Shown here one piece after another: positions 9,707 through 20,412 of a stretch of 64,000 nucleotides of DNA (position 1 is the first letter of the stretch; each line of letters begins with the position of its first letter). The stretch spans positions 713,870 through 777,869 of the forward strand of contig CAWFGI010000022.1 of the NCBI GenBank assembly GCA_963815265.1, given 5' to 3'. Below the pieces are notes generated by a model, which was given only the letters and a program-made list of their open reading frames with translations, was not told the origin of the DNA and did no database searches. The DNA is from an uncultured Acidobacteriota bacterium (GTDB taxonomy: Bacteria; Acidobacteriota; Terriglobia; Acidiferrales; UBA7541). Both the position numbers and the translations under genes were made by a program.

Positions 9707-10723
9707 GTGCGAGGCTTGTTATTCCGGGCGCCACGGCTTAGGTCGTGTTTAGTGGAGGAGAATTTGAATTACTCGAAGCGGCCAATCGGCGTTTACTACG
9801 AGCATCCGCGCTGGTTCGAGCCAGTGTTCGCGGAAATGGACCGCCGCGGAGTGCCGTACGTCCGCCTTGATGCAGCGCGTCACCACTTCGACGTCTCGCC
9901 AAATGGCGCGCAGCAATACGGCCTGATCTTCAACCGCATGAGCCCATCCGCATGGACGCGTGGCAATGCGCATGCGATCTTTTACACGCTCAGCTATCTT
10001 GCGCATCTCGAACGCATGGGCGTCCGTGTCATCAACGGTAGCGAAGGATTTCGCAACGAAACGTCGAAAGCTCTGCAACTTTCACTTCTCGAAACGCTCG
10101 GACTTCCCTACCCGCGCTCGGTCGTAATTAATCATCCCAGCCAGGCTGCCGATGCAGCGCGCGGAATGCGCTTCCCTGTGGTGATCAAGCCAAATATTGG
10201 CGGCAGCGGCGTGGGCATCGTGCGCTTCGATTCGCCCGGGCAGATTGAAGCGGCGGCGCGCGAAGATAAATTACAGTTCGGCCTCGACGGCACAGGGATC
10301 GTGCAGGAATTCATCCCCGCGCGAGGCGGGCACATTACGCGCGTCGAGACGCTCGGCTACAAATACCTCTACGGCATCAAAGTGTTCACTGCGGGCGACA
10401 CATTTGACCTGTGCCCGATGGACATCTGCAAGACCACAGACGGCGCGAAGATCGAAACGGCATGCGTGGTGGAAGGGCCGAAGACAGGTTTGCGCGTCGA
10501 AGGCTACCGCCCGCCGGTTGAGGTGATTTCGGCGGTCGAGCGGATTTTCAGCGCCGCGAAAGTGGAAGTGGGCGGCGTCGAGTACATCATCGACGATCGC
10601 GACGGCCGGCTCTACTACTACGACATCAACGCGCTCTCCAATTTTGTTTCCGATGGCCCGCGCGTCGTGGGCTTCAATCCGTTTGAACGCCTCGTCGACT
10701 ATCTGGTCCAGGAGGCGCGCTGA
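9707..10723 (+). CDS. ATP-grasp domain protein (RimK-like ligase fold)
   Basis: RFPVVIKPNIGGSGVGIVRF and GVEYIIDDRDGRLYYYDINALSNF are ATP-grasp signatures. The more likely start is TTG 9764, preceded by GGAGGA (9754..9759). Confidence 0.8.
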   Translation: MRGLLFRAPRLRSCLVEENLNYSKRPIGVYYEHPRWFEPVFAEMDRRGVPYVRLDAARHHFDVSPNGAQQYGLIFNRMSPSAWTRGNAHAIFYTLSYLAHLERMGVRVINGSEGFRNETSKALQLSLLETLGLPYPRSVVINHPSQAADAARGMRFPVVIKPNIGGSGVGIVRFDSPGQIEAAAREDKLQFGLDGTGIVQEFIPARGGHITRVETLGYKYLYGIKVFTAGDTFDLCPMDICKTTDGAKIETACVVEGPKTGLRVEGYRPPVEVISAVERIFSAAKVEVGGVEYIIDDRDGRLYYYDINALSNFVSDGPRVVGFNPFERLVDYLVQEAR

Positions 10724-11763
10724 TGCGCTACGGATACTGGATGCCGGTGTTTGGCGGCTGGCTCCGCAACGTCGAAGATGAACAGATGGCCCCAACATGG
10801 AACTACGTCTCGCGCCTGGCCCGCCGCAGCGAACAAATCGGCTTCGACCTCTCTCTCATCGCCGAGCTGAATTTGAACGATATCAAAGGCGTCGATGCGC
10901 CCTCGCTCGATGCGTGGTCCACTTCCGCCGCGCTTGCAGCCGTCACTGAGCGGCTCGAGTTGATGATCGCCGTGCGACCTACCTTTCACCTTCCCGCACT
11001 GCTGGCCAAACAGGCTGCGAATATCGATAACATCTCCGGCGGGCGCGTCTCGCTCAATGTGGTCTCGTCGTGGTGGGCCGAGGAAGCCAAAAAATACGGC
11101 GTGCAATTCGACCAGCACGATGACCGCTACGCGCGCACCTCCGAGTGGCTGGATGTAGTAGACCAGGCCTGGAAGCAGGATCACTTCTCGTACAGCGGGA
11201 AGTATTATTCGGTGACGGACCTCGTCCTGCAGCCGAAACCAGTGGCGAAACCGCGTCCTGTGATTTACGCGGGCGGCGAATCGGAAGCGGCGAAAGAATT
11301 AATCGCAGCGAAATGCGACGCCTACGTGATGCACGGTGACCCGCCCGATCGTATCGCGCCCAAGATCCGCGACATGGCCGAGCGCCGCGAACGCAAGGGC
11401 CTCCCGCCGATGAAATACGGCGTCGCAGGCTATGCTGTGGTGCGCGAAACCGAAGCTGCGGCGAAAAAGGAAGTGGAACGCATCACCGACGTAAAGCAGA
11501 ACGCGGCAGGCTATAAGAACTACGAGCAGTGGCTCGCAAACACGCAGCTCGAGCAGCGCGTATCACTCGAAGATTATTCCGTATCGAATCGCGGCCTGCG
11601 CTCCGGCCTGGTCGGGACGCCGCAACAGGTCGCCGACCTCATCGGCCAATTTGAGCACGCCGGTGTGGATTTGCTGTTGCTGCAGTTCAGCCCGCAGCTT
11701 GAAGAAATGGAGCGCTTCGCCGACAGCGTGATCAAGCCCAGCGGCGTAGCCGCCCGCGCCTGA
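10723..11763 (+). CDS. LLM-class (luciferase-like) flavin-dependent oxidoreductase
   Basis: MRYGYWMPVFGGWLRN...VSLNVVSSWW...PVIYAGGESEAAKE is typical of the LLM/SsuD/RutA-like family. Its ATG overlaps the ATP-grasp TGA by 1 nt. Confidence 0.85.
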   Translation: MRYGYWMPVFGGWLRNVEDEQMAPTWNYVSRLARRSEQIGFDLSLIAELNLNDIKGVDAPSLDAWSTSAALAAVTERLELMIAVRPTFHLPALLAKQAANIDNISGGRVSLNVVSSWWAEEAKKYGVQFDQHDDRYARTSEWLDVVDQAWKQDHFSYSGKYYSVTDLVLQPKPVAKPRPVIYAGGESEAAKELIAAKCDAYVMHGDPPDRIAPKIRDMAERRERKGLPPMKYGVAGYAVVRETEAAAKKEVERITDVKQNAAGYKNYEQWLANTQLEQRVSLEDYSVSNRGLRSGLVGTPQQVADLIGQFEHAGVDLLLLQFSPQLEEMERFADSVIKPSGVAARA

Positions 11764-11769
11764 ATCCAA

Positions 11770-12480
11770 TCAGCGCGGCACCAGCGAACGAATCTTCTGA
11801 ATCACCAGGTCAATCCCCACTTCGTTATGCCCGCCTTCCGGAATGATCACATCCGCATAGCGTTTTGAGGGCTCGACAAACTCCATGTGCATGGGACGCA
11901 CCGTCGCCATGTATTGATCGACGACCATCTCCATCGTGCGTCCGCGCTCGCGAATATCGCGCACCAGGCGCCGAATAAATCGGAGGTCTGCGTCCGTATC
12001 CACGAAAATCTTGATGTCCATCAGATCGCGCAGCGCTTTGTTCTCGAAAATCAGGATCCCTTCGATGATGATTGCTGAACGCGGCGATAGACGGACAGTG
12101 GCATCTGCTCGACGGAAATTCGCGAAATCGTAAGTAGGTCGTTCGATCGCCTGGCCTTCCCGAAGCCGGCGGACGTGCTCGGCCAATAGCGGCGTATCCA
12201 TCGAATCGGGATGATCGAAGTTCTGTTTCACGCGCTCTTCGAGCGGCATGCCCGGATAGTCTTTGTAGTAGCTGTCCTGCTCGAGGACGATGACATTTGC
12301 TTCGGAGAGCGCTTCGATAATCCGCGCTGTAATGGTGGTTTTGCCGGAGCCGGTGCCGCCGCAGATCCCAATGATCAGTGGACGGTTATCGAGGGGACGT
12401 ATGGTGGCTACCTCCTTAATGTGAATGTGATCCGTGAGCTCTTCTGCGCGCAGATTTCTTCCCGCTCTTCTTTTCTTCAA
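11770..12480 (-). CDS. udk: Uridine kinase
   Basis: P-loop IIGICGGTGSGKTT, QDSYYKD, FDHPDS motifs. The start is uncertain (see finding); the ATG at 12480 overlaps the ppdK 3' end by 65 nt. Confidence 0.9.
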   Translation of the reverse strand: MKKRRAGRNLRAEELTDHIHIKEVATIRPLDNRPLIIGICGGTGSGKTTITARIIEALSEANVIVLEQDSYYKDYPGMPLEERVKQNFDHPDSMDTPLLAEHVRRLREGQAIERPTYDFANFRRADATVRLSPRSAIIIEGILIFENKALRDLMDIKIFVDTDADLRFIRRLVRDIRERGRTMEMVVDQYMATVRPMHMEFVEPSKRYADVIIPEGGHNEVGIDLVIQKIRSLVPR

Positions 12481-15136
12481 TCACAGCCTGCGCAGCGGCA
12501 AGGCGCGCGACCGGAACTCGGAATGGCGAGGCGCTCACATAGTCCATTCCGACGCGATGGCAAAATTTCACGCTGGGACCGTCGCCTCCATGCTCGCCAC
12601 AGATACCGACCTCCAAATCCGGACGAGTGGCTCGCCCGCGCTGGATGCCCCATTCGACCAGCATCCCGACGCCGGGAATATCGAGCGACTGGAAAGGATC
12701 GCTATGAAAGATCCCAGCTTTGCGTTCATCCACATATTCCGGCAGGAATCGACCCGCATCGTCGCGAGAGAGCCCCATCACGGTCTGAGTCAGGTCATTC
12801 GTGCCGAATGAAAAAAATTCAGCGACTTCGGCAATCTGGTCGGCGAGCAACGCGGCTCTCGGAAGCTCGATCATTGTGCCCACAAGATAGTGAAGCTTTA
12901 CTTTAGCCTGCTGAATGATCGGATCGGCTACGCGGCGCGTAGCTTCTTCGAGAATTTGCATTTCTTTTTTGTCGAGAGTGAGCGGGTGCATGATCTCAGG
13001 TATCACTTTAATGCCCCGCTTCTGGCAATCAATGGCCGCTTCGATGATCGCGCGCACCTGCATCTCGAGAATTTCCGGATACGTGATGCACAGACGGCAA
13101 CCGCGATGGCCCAGCATCGGGTTTGCTTCGTGCAATTGCTCCACACGGCGCTCGATGGCCTCGCGCGTCGTCCCAAGATCCTTGGCCAGCTCTTCTTGCT
13201 TCTCCGGATCGTGCGGTACGAACTCGTGCAGCGGCGGATCGATCAGGCGAATGGTTACCGGAAGCCCGTCCATCGCTTCGAACAGCCCGATGAAGTCGCG
13301 CCGCTGGAACGGAAGCAACTTGTCGAGCGCCTTGCGCCGCGCTTCTTGCGTCTCGGCCAGAATCATCTCCTGAATCGCGCGTTGCCGTTCGATGCTCTTT
13401 TCGGGATGCTCGAAATCCTTGAAGAACATGTGCTCGGTGCGCGTGAGCCCGATGCCTTCAGCGCCCATTTCGCGAGCCACGCGCGCATCTTGAGGCGTAT
13501 CGGCATTCGCACGGACGCCAATCTCACGCACAGAATCGACCCATTTCATGATGGTTTCGTAAGCCTTGGGCGGTTCCGGGCGCACCAACGCAATCTCGCC
13601 CGTGTAGACGGAGCCGTCTCCGCCGTCGAGCGTGATCCACTCGCCTTCTTTCACGACCCGGCCATTCGAACTCAGCCTTTTGCGTTCGGAATCGATGTCG
13701 ACCTTCTCCGCCCCGACGATGCAGCACTTCCCCCACCCGCGCGCGACCACGGCGGCGTGGCTCGTCTTGCCGCCCGTAGCCGTGAGAATTCCCTGCGCCA
13801 CATACATGCCGCCAACATCTTCCGGGCTCGTCTCGCGACGCACCAGAATTACCTTCTCGCCCCTCGACGCCCACTCTTCTGCCTCTGCCGCTGTGAATAC
13901 GGCTTTGCCGACTGCGGCTCCAGGAACAGCGTTGATGCCCTCCGCGATTTTCCGAGCCTGAAATTCCCCGCGCGGCAGTGCGGGATCGAGCACTGGATAA
14001 AAAAGGCGTTCAACGTCTTCATCCTTGATGCGTTCAAGTGCTTCTTCAAGTTTGATCAGACCCTCATTTTTCATGTCGACGGCCATCCGAAACGCGGCCG
14101 ATGGCGAGCGCTTACCTGTCCGCGTCTGCAACATGTAAAGCGTGCCGTTCTCCACCGTGAATTCCATGTCCTGCATGTCGCGATAATGTTTTTCAAGTTT
14201 CGCTCGAACCTTCTCGAGTTGCTGATAGACCTTCGGCATCCGCGATTTGAGTTCGCGCAAATGCATCGGCGTGCGAATCCCGGCGACAACATCCTCTCCT
14301 TGAGCATTGAGCAGAAAATCACCGAAGAAAACTTTCTCGCCGGTGGAAGGATCGCGAGTAAAACACACGCCCGTCCCCGAATTCTCGCCCGTATTACCGA
14401 ATACCATTTGAACCACATTCACGGCGGTTCCAAGCAGGCCAGTAATTTTCTCCACGCGACGATAAGTCACAGCCTTCTCGCCCATCCAGGATTCAAAAAC
14501 CGCGCCAATCGCGCCCCACAATTGTTCTTCAGGCCCTTCTGGGAAAGGCTTGCCCGTTTTGCGCTTGTAATACTCCTTATATTCGCCGACAAGTTGCCGC
14601 CAGCCCTGTGCCGTTACCAGCGTGTCGTCCGTGACGTTGAGATATTTCTTCATCGCGCGCAGTCGAGCTTCGAGATCCTCTTTCGGCAGGCCGATCACCA
14701 CGCTCGCGTACATCTGGACGAACCGGCGGTAAGCATCCCAGGCAAAGCGTTCGTTTTGCGTCGATTTCGCCAGCGCCTCCACCGAGTTTTCATTGAGGCC
14801 GAGATTCAGGATCGTCTCCATCATGCCGGGCATCGATTTCGCGGAACCGGACCGAACACTCACCAGCAGAGGATTCTTCGCGTCGCCCAGTTTTTTCTTC
14901 GTGAGCTTCTCGAGCTTGGCCAGATTCTTCGCAACCTCAGTGCGAAGCTCCTTCGGATACTCACGGCCATGCTTGAAGTAGTAGTCGCAAGCCTCCGTTG
15001 TTATCGTGAAGCCTGCTGGTACCGGCAGACCGATTCGCGTCATCTCGGCAAGACCGGCGCCCTTGCCTCCGAGGATCTCTTTCATGTCGCCGGCGCCGTC
15101 CGCTTTTCCCGCGCCGAAGAAATAGACGTATTTCAT
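12416..15136 (-). CDS. ppdK: Pyruvate, phosphate dikinase
   Basis: 906 aa, MKYVYFFG...GGKGAGLAEM, phospho-His loop GGKTSHAAVVARGWGKCCIVG, and a PEP-utilizer C-terminal TIM domain. Confidence 0.97.
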   Translation of the reverse strand: MKYVYFFGAGKADGAGDMKEILGGKGAGLAEMTRIGLPVPAGFTITTEACDYYFKHGREYPKELRTEVAKNLAKLEKLTKKKLGDAKNPLLVSVRSGSAKSMPGMMETILNLGLNENSVEALAKSTQNERFAWDAYRRFVQMYASVVIGLPKEDLEARLRAMKKYLNVTDDTLVTAQGWRQLVGEYKEYYKRKTGKPFPEGPEEQLWGAIGAVFESWMGEKAVTYRRVEKITGLLGTAVNVVQMVFGNTGENSGTGVCFTRDPSTGEKVFFGDFLLNAQGEDVVAGIRTPMHLRELKSRMPKVYQQLEKVRAKLEKHYRDMQDMEFTVENGTLYMLQTRTGKRSPSAAFRMAVDMKNEGLIKLEEALERIKDEDVERLFYPVLDPALPRGEFQARKIAEGINAVPGAAVGKAVFTAAEAEEWASRGEKVILVRRETSPEDVGGMYVAQGILTATGGKTSHAAVVARGWGKCCIVGAEKVDIDSERKRLSSNGRVVKEGEWITLDGGDGSVYTGEIALVRPEPPKAYETIMKWVDSVREIGVRANADTPQDARVAREMGAEGIGLTRTEHMFFKDFEHPEKSIERQRAIQEMILAETQEARRKALDKLLPFQRRDFIGLFEAMDGLPVTIRLIDPPLHEFVPHDPEKQEELAKDLGTTREAIERRVEQLHEANPMLGHRGCRLCITYPEILEMQVRAIIEAAIDCQKRGIKVIPEIMHPLTLDKKEMQILEEATRRVADPIIQQAKVKLHYLVGTMIELPRAALLADQIAEVAEFFSFGTNDLTQTVMGLSRDDAGRFLPEYVDERKAGIFHSDPFQSLDIPGVGMLVEWGIQRGRATRPDLEVGICGEHGGDGPSVKFCHRVGMDYVSASPFRVPVARLAAAQAVIEEKKSGKKSARRRAHGSHSH

Positions 15137-15262
15137 GTTTCTCCTCAGCTACTCAAAATAGCGAAATCGAGCAATGTCGTCCTTTAACCACTACATTACA
15201 AGTCGGCCTGTCGACGAATAACTTGCGCGGCGACACTTAAAGTAAAGGCTCAACGTCGCAAC

Positions 15263-17452
15263 TCACCCGCGCGCCGGATTCCTGAGAGCATCCTTCGATT
15301 CGTCGCCGCCCAACTCCGAGAAATCTGCGATCGTCGAGAATTCCTTCAAGAGACTTCCGAGTAGCGCGAGGCGGTTCCGCCGCACGTCCGCTTCTTCAGC
15401 CATTACTAGAACTTTGTCAAAGAAGAAGTCCACTGACGGCCGCAACTCGGAAATCTTCTCCAAGGCCTCGCGATATTTCTTCGCCTTCTTCCGACGCGTG
15501 GCTTCCTCTCCAATTTTGTGCGCGACCAGATTAAGCTGCTGCTCGGCCGGGTCTCGAAGCAGTTCCTTGTTCACGGCCACCTGATTCTTATCTCCAGCAG
15601 CCGCAGACTTCTCCAGAATGTTGCGGATGCGCTTGAACGAAGCAGCCAGCGGCGCAAAATTCTTGGTATTGCGTATCGCCTTCAAGGCTTCTACCCGCTC
15701 TGCCACATCTATAAGGTCGTCCGCGCCCGCCGCGAAGGCCGCGTTGATTTCGTCGTAAGCAAATCCGCGGCGTTCGCGCAGGATAAACTTCGCTCGCTCA
15801 AGAAGGAAATCCAGCACCTGCTTCTCAACCGCCTCCGAAGCATTAATCTTAGGTGCATGCTCGCGCAGCGCGCGCGCAGCAGCGGACACTGCTGCCGAGA
15901 TTGAAATTGAAATCTTGCGCTCCAGGATTATCTTCACGATTCCAAGTGCCGCACGACGTAGCGCAAACGGATCGCTAGAGCCAGTTGGCGCTGCACCCAC
16001 CGCAAAGCACGCGACGAGTGAATCAAGCTTGTCCGCCAGCGCAACAGCGCACCCCGTCAAGTTGCGCGGAATCGGATCGTCAAGTCCGAGAGGCTTGTAG
16101 TGGTCGTAAATCGCCCACGAAATCTCGTCCGACTCGCCCTGCGCACGCGCGTAGAGGCCGCCGACAATTCCCTGCAGCTCGGTAAACTCCTTAACCATCT
16201 CCGTGACGAGATCGCACTTCGCAAGCTCCGCCGCGCGATCCGATCCCGCCACATCGCCACCCGTGATTCCGGAACTGAACCACTGCTCCGCAAACCATCG
16301 AGCGATCGCGCGCATGCGTTCCACTTTGTCGAAGTAACTTCCGAGCCGACGTTCGTAGGTAACGTGCGCGAGCTTCGGCAAGACGTCGGCGAGCCGACAC
16401 TTCTGATCCGTCTCCCAGAAAAATTGCGCATCCGCAAAGCGCGCACGCAGCACTCGCTCGTGTCCCGCCCGCACCAGCCCCTTCGAGTCTTTGTTGAGGT
16501 TTATTACTGCAAGAAAATGCGGCGCTAGCCGACTGCCGCGAGCTTCGAGCGCAAAATATTTCTGATGGTCGCGCATCACCGTGATCAAAATCTCATCCGG
16601 CAGCGCCAGGAAATTCGAATCAAAATTGCCGGCAATCACGGTGGGATACTCGTTGAGATAAGTCACGAGCTCAAGTAACGCTTCATCTTCATGCGCTCGC
16701 AGATTCCTGCGGCTAGCCTGAGAACGGACCTCCGTTTCGATCTTTTCGCGGCGCTCGTCCGGCCGGCAAATCACGAAGTTCTTTTTGAGCTTTAATTCAT
16801 AGTCGCGCGGCCCGCTGACCGGAATATTTCGCTTGCCCAGAAAGCGGTGCCCGTCGGTTCGATTGCCTGAATTCACGCCGGCAAACGAAAACGGCACCAC
16901 CTTGCCGTCGAGGATTGCCACGATCCAACGGATCGGTCGGATAAATCGAGGACCATGTGCCCCAGTCCAATACATCGAGCGCGGCCAACTGATCTCTTGA
17001 ATCACTTGAGGTAGGACTTCACTGAGCACCTTCGACGCAACCCGGCCTTCGATCAACTGCGTCGCCGAGACATATTCGCCCTTCGGAGTATTCACGATCG
17101 TCAGCTTCGAGACCGGAATTCCCTGCTTCTCCGCGAAGCTCATCGCCGCACGCGTCGGCTCGCCGAGATTGTCATACGCGACCGACCTCGGCGGCCCCAT
17201 CACTTCTCGGATAACATCTTCCTGGCGCAAGCGCACGCCATGCGCAATCGCCGTCAGTCGTCGCGGTCCGCCGAAAGCTTCTATCCGATTACTGGCGTCG
17301 ATCAAACCATTCGTGGAAAAATACTTCTCAAGTATTGCCTTAAGTTCGCTCGAGGCCTTCGCGATCATCCCAGCCGGAAGTTCTTCGCATCCGATCTCGA
17401 AAAGGAAGTCGCCCACCGCCGTCGCGCCGGTCTTTCCCTGCCTTTTCTTCAT
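15263..17452 (-). CDS. glyS: Glycine--tRNA ligase beta subunit
   Basis: [14 protein letters not shown]-terminus, about 730 aa. The ATG at 17452 overlaps the glyQ TGA (ATGA). The track ORF extends to 17506. Confidence 0.95.
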   Translation of the reverse strand: MKKRQGKTGATAVGDFLFEIGCEELPAGMIAKASSELKAILEKYFSTNGLIDASNRIEAFGGPRRLTAIAHGVRLRQEDVIREVMGPPRSVAYDNLGEPTRAAMSFAEKQGIPVSKLTIVNTPKGEYVSATQLIEGRVASKVLSEVLPQVIQEISWPRSMYWTGAHGPRFIRPIRWIVAILDGKVVPFSFAGVNSGNRTDGHRFLGKRNIPVSGPRDYELKLKKNFVICRPDERREKIETEVRSQASRRNLRAHEDEALLELVTYLNEYPTVIAGNFDSNFLALPDEILITVMRDHQKYFALEARGSRLAPHFLAVINLNKDSKGLVRAGHERVLRARFADAQFFWETDQKCRLADVLPKLAHVTYERRLGSYFDKVERMRAIARWFAEQWFSSGITGGDVAGSDRAAELAKCDLVTEMVKEFTELQGIVGGLYARAQGESDEISWAIYDHYKPLGLDDPIPRNLTGCAVALADKLDSLVACFAVGAAPTGSSDPFALRRAALGIVKIILERKISISISAAVSAAARALREHAPKINASEAVEKQVLDFLLERAKFILRERRGFAYDEINAAFAAGADDLIDVAERVEALKAIRNTKNFAPLAASFKRIRNILEKSAAAGDKNQVAVNKELLRDPAEQQLNLVAHKIGEEATRRKKAKKYREALEKISELRPSVDFFFDKVLVMAEEADVRRNRLALLGSLLKEFSTIADFSELGGDESKDALRNPARG

Positions 17453-18429
17453 GCTCGAGCCTCGGAAAGTTCCGGCTGCGATGTGTCGGCGCGCTGATCG
17501 AGCCAAGCCTTCGCCACCTGCGTGGCCAGCTTGCGAACGCGAGCGATCATTGCTGCGCGCTCGGTCACTGAAATTGCGCCGCGCGCGTCCAGCACATTAA
17601 AGAGGTGCGAACACTTCAAGCAAAACTCGTAGGCTTGCAGCAGCGGAAAACGCAAGCGATCCTTCCCTTTCGTCCCGACGTACGCAGCCAGCAAACGCGC
17701 CGCGTCCGCCTCATAAAGGTCAAACTGCTTCCGCGTTGCCGCAGCATCCGCATATTCGAAGTTATACGCGGAGAATTGCTGCTCCTCCGCGAGGCGCACC
17801 GTCGCATAGCTCACGGTATCCGTCCAGCGCACGTCAAAAACATTATCAGCGCCCTGAAGATAAGCGGCGATGCGATCGAGACCATAGGTAAGCTCAACGG
17901 AGATCGGATCGAGATCAAGTCCCCCGCACTGCTGGAAGTAAGTGAACTGCGTAATCTCCAGCCCGTCGAGCATCACCTGCCAGCCCATGCCCCACGCACT
18001 CAACGTCGGCGCGTCCCAGTTGTCCTCCTCAAATTTAATATCATGTTCCTTCAAATTGATTCCTACAGCCGCAAGGCTTTCCAAATAGAGATCCTGCACA
18101 TTGGCTGGCGACGGTTTGAGTATCACTTGAAGCTGCGTATGCTTGAAAAGCCGATTCGGATTTTCGCCGTACCGTCCGTCCGCTGGCCGGCGACTCGGCT
18201 GCGCGTAGACCACTCGATAGGGATCAGGGCCCAGCACCCTCAGGAAGGTCTCCGGGTGCATCGTGCCCGCGCCCACTTCTACATCATATGGTTGCTGCAG
18301 AACGCAATCCCGACTTGCCCAGTATTCTTCAAGCGTTAGTAGAAGCTTCTGAAACGTGAGCCCCTTTGGTGCTGCGCGTTGTGCCTTAGGCTTCTGATGG
18401 TGATTTACGTGGCGTTCACTTTTCTTCAA
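17449..18429 (-). CDS. glyQ: Glycine--tRNA ligase alpha subunit
   Basis: [45 protein letters not shown] is highly characteristic. Confidence 0.97.
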   Translation of the reverse strand: MKKSERHVNHHQKPKAQRAAPKGLTFQKLLLTLEEYWASRDCVLQQPYDVEVGAGTMHPETFLRVLGPDPYRVVYAQPSRRPADGRYGENPNRLFKHTQLQVILKPSPANVQDLYLESLAAVGINLKEHDIKFEEDNWDAPTLSAWGMGWQVMLDGLEITQFTYFQQCGGLDLDPISVELTYGLDRIAAYLQGADNVFDVRWTDTVSYATVRLAEEQQFSAYNFEYADAAATRKQFDLYEADAARLLAAYVGTKGKDRLRFPLLQAYEFCLKCSHLFNVLDARGAISVTERAAMIARVRKLATQVAKAWLDQRADTSQPELSEARA

Positions 18430-19208
18430 GCCGGCTTCTCCAGGAGTTCCCTAGCCTGTAGCTTCCGATCGATCTGGTGCTCGATCACGTCGAGCATAAC
18501 ATCGCTCAGTTCTCGTGCGGCGCGCGGCGGAATCATTTCTTCGTTCAGTTTGTCGAGCCGCTCGGCCAGCATTCGACGCGCGGCTGCCAAAGCTGCCACC
18601 GAAATCACCCGAAGCCCAGGCACACGGCACTTCCCGCACATCAGTGCCGAAGCGCTTCGCGAAAAATAAGCGGGCTCGGGCACGGTCAGCGCCCTGCCAC
18701 ATCGCGCGCAAGCATCTAGTGGCGGCAGCCAACCCCCGAGTTTAACGGTCCACAACGTGAAATAGGCCATCGCCAGCTCCGGCTTGCCGGTTTTCTTCAC
18801 CGCCTGAGCCGACAGCAGCAGCAGACGAAAGTTTGGATCCGACGCTTCGTGATCCGGCAGCACCGCTTCGGTCACTTCGCTGAAGATCGCCAGCGCGACG
18901 CCCGAGGCGTAATCGCGAAACGCATCGAGGAACGACTCAATCAACTCGCACTGATTGATGCGCACCAGTTCGCGCGAAGGCCGCTCAAAAAACCAGATGC
19001 GTACATGCGAGAGCCGCTCGAGCGTCGAACCAAACCGGCTCTTCGTACGCCGCGCACCCGCCGCAACCCCGCGCACTCGCCCCATCGTTCGCGAAAGAAA
19101 ACTGACCAACCGGTCGGCTTCACCTAGCGGATAGCTTTGTAGAATGATTGCCTCGGATTCGTGGACTGGCATCAGGTGTCGGCGCGCCGACGCAGCAACG
19201 CGAAACAA
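18426..19208 (-). CDS. recO: DNA repair protein RecO
   Basis: [36 protein letters not shown] plus a CxxC...CxxC zinc motif. It overlaps the glyQ start by 4 nt. An alternative Met lies at 19172. Confidence 0.88.
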   Translation of the reverse strand: MFRVAASARRHLMPVHESEAIILQSYPLGEADRLVSFLSRTMGRVRGVAAGARRTKSRFGSTLERLSHVRIWFFERPSRELVRINQCELIESFLDAFRDYASGVALAIFSEVTEAVLPDHEASDPNFRLLLLSAQAVKKTGKPELAMAYFTLWTVKLGGWLPPLDACARCGRALTVPEPAYFSRSASALMCGKCRVPGLRVISVAALAAARRMLAERLDKLNEEMIPPRAARELSDVMLDVIEHQIDRKLQARELLEKPA

Positions 19209-19389
19209 AATTTTCTATCACAGGCACTCACGCCACGCAAACAATAAACGTGCTCGTTCGCACTTGAAGTTTTCGTTGAGGACAGCACCTCACGCCGACC
19301 GTAAAGATCCTTGCTTGATGTACTTCTTTAAGCATTCCGTTTCACTCGTCTTTTGATTCTTCCCCATAAATTCTCTCGCACTTGCTTGC

Positions 19390-20412
19390 TTGCACGAAGA
19401 TAATCATTTCGTGCACCACTTCAACCAATCGCCGGTCGATGTCGTCGGTGTTGGTATCAACGCCACCGATACAGTCATCCGCCTCCCACATTTCCCCGTC
19501 CTCGATTCAAAGGTCGAGATCCTCTCCGCCGAGCGTCGCGCAGGAGGACAAACGGCAAGCGCGGTTACTGCTTGCCAGCGCTGGGGGCTGCGCACGAGGT
19601 ATATCGGCAAAATAGGCGACGATGAACCCGGGATGTTTCAACGAGAGGAGATGGATCGGGAAGGTGTCGACGCGCACTGGATCGTGGCGCCGGGCTGCAT
19701 GAGCCAGTCATCCTTTATTCTCATCGACGAGAAGTCCGGCGAGCGCACGGTTCTCTGGAAGCGCGATCTGCGAATTGCGCTGCGCCCCGAAGATCTTCGT
19801 GCCGATTGGATTGCAGGCGCGCGCGTGCTCCTTCTCGATGGACACGACACCGCAGCTTCTACGCAAGCGGCCAAGTGGGCGCGAGAAGCCGGCACTTTGG
19901 TCCTCGGAGATTTTGACAATCGCTATCCCGGAGTTGAGGCATTACTTGAATTCGTCGATTTTGCGATCACATCGAAAGATTTCCCCGCCCGCCTCACTGG
20001 CGAGCAGAACTTATTGAAGTCACTTCCTAAGATGCATGCGCAGTTCAAGTGTTGTTTGACGGGCGCGACACTCGGACGCCTTGGCGTGCTCACCTGGAAC
20101 GGAGTGCGGTTCCACTTATGCCCCGGCTTTCGAGTACGCACGGTGGACACGACCGGCGCCGGAGATATTTTCCACGGCGCGTTCGCCTATAGCATCGTTC
20201 GCGGATGGCCCGTCGACGAGATGCTCGAATTCAGCTGCGCAGCCGCCGGCCTCAACTGCGAAGGACATGGCGCACGCGGTGGAATCGCGACCCTTATCGA
20301 AATTGACAGGCTGCGCCGTCGCGGCGAGCGCTCCGAACGCGCGTACTCGGATGAAGAATTAGCCGAGGCATCTCGCGCCGCCGTGTCGGCCGGTTTGGGA
20401 ACGCAAATATGA
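19390..20412 (+). CDS. PfkB-family carbohydrate kinase
   Basis: VDVVGVGINATD N-terminus and the DTTGAGDIFHGAF anion-hole motif. Confidence 0.85.
   Translation: MHEDNHFVHHFNQSPVDVVGVGINATDTVIRLPHFPVLDSKVEILSAERRAGGQTASAVTACQRWGLRTRYIGKIGDDEPGMFQREEMDREGVDAHWIVAPGCMSQSSFILIDEKSGERTVLWKRDLRIALRPEDLRADWIAGARVLLLDGHDTAASTQAAKWAREAGTLVLGDFDNRYPGVEALLEFVDFAITSKDFPARLTGEQNLLKSLPKMHAQFKCCLTGATLGRLGVLTWNGVRFHLCPGFRVRTVDTTGAGDIFHGAFAYSIVRGWPVDEMLEFSCAAAGLNCEGHGARGGIATLIEIDRLRRRGERSERAYSDEELAEASRAAVSAGLGTQI

Noticed and set aside
12890-15187. A 765-aa ORF on the + strand, plus similar long antisense ORFs at 17605..18339, 27641..28234, 35459..36361, 40091..40981 and 60868..61512.
   Set aside because: These are shadow ORFs antisense to confidently identified genes (ppdK, glyQ, TetR, racemase-like, S9 peptidase, miaB). 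They have Arg/His/Leu-rich nonsense composition and no motifs.
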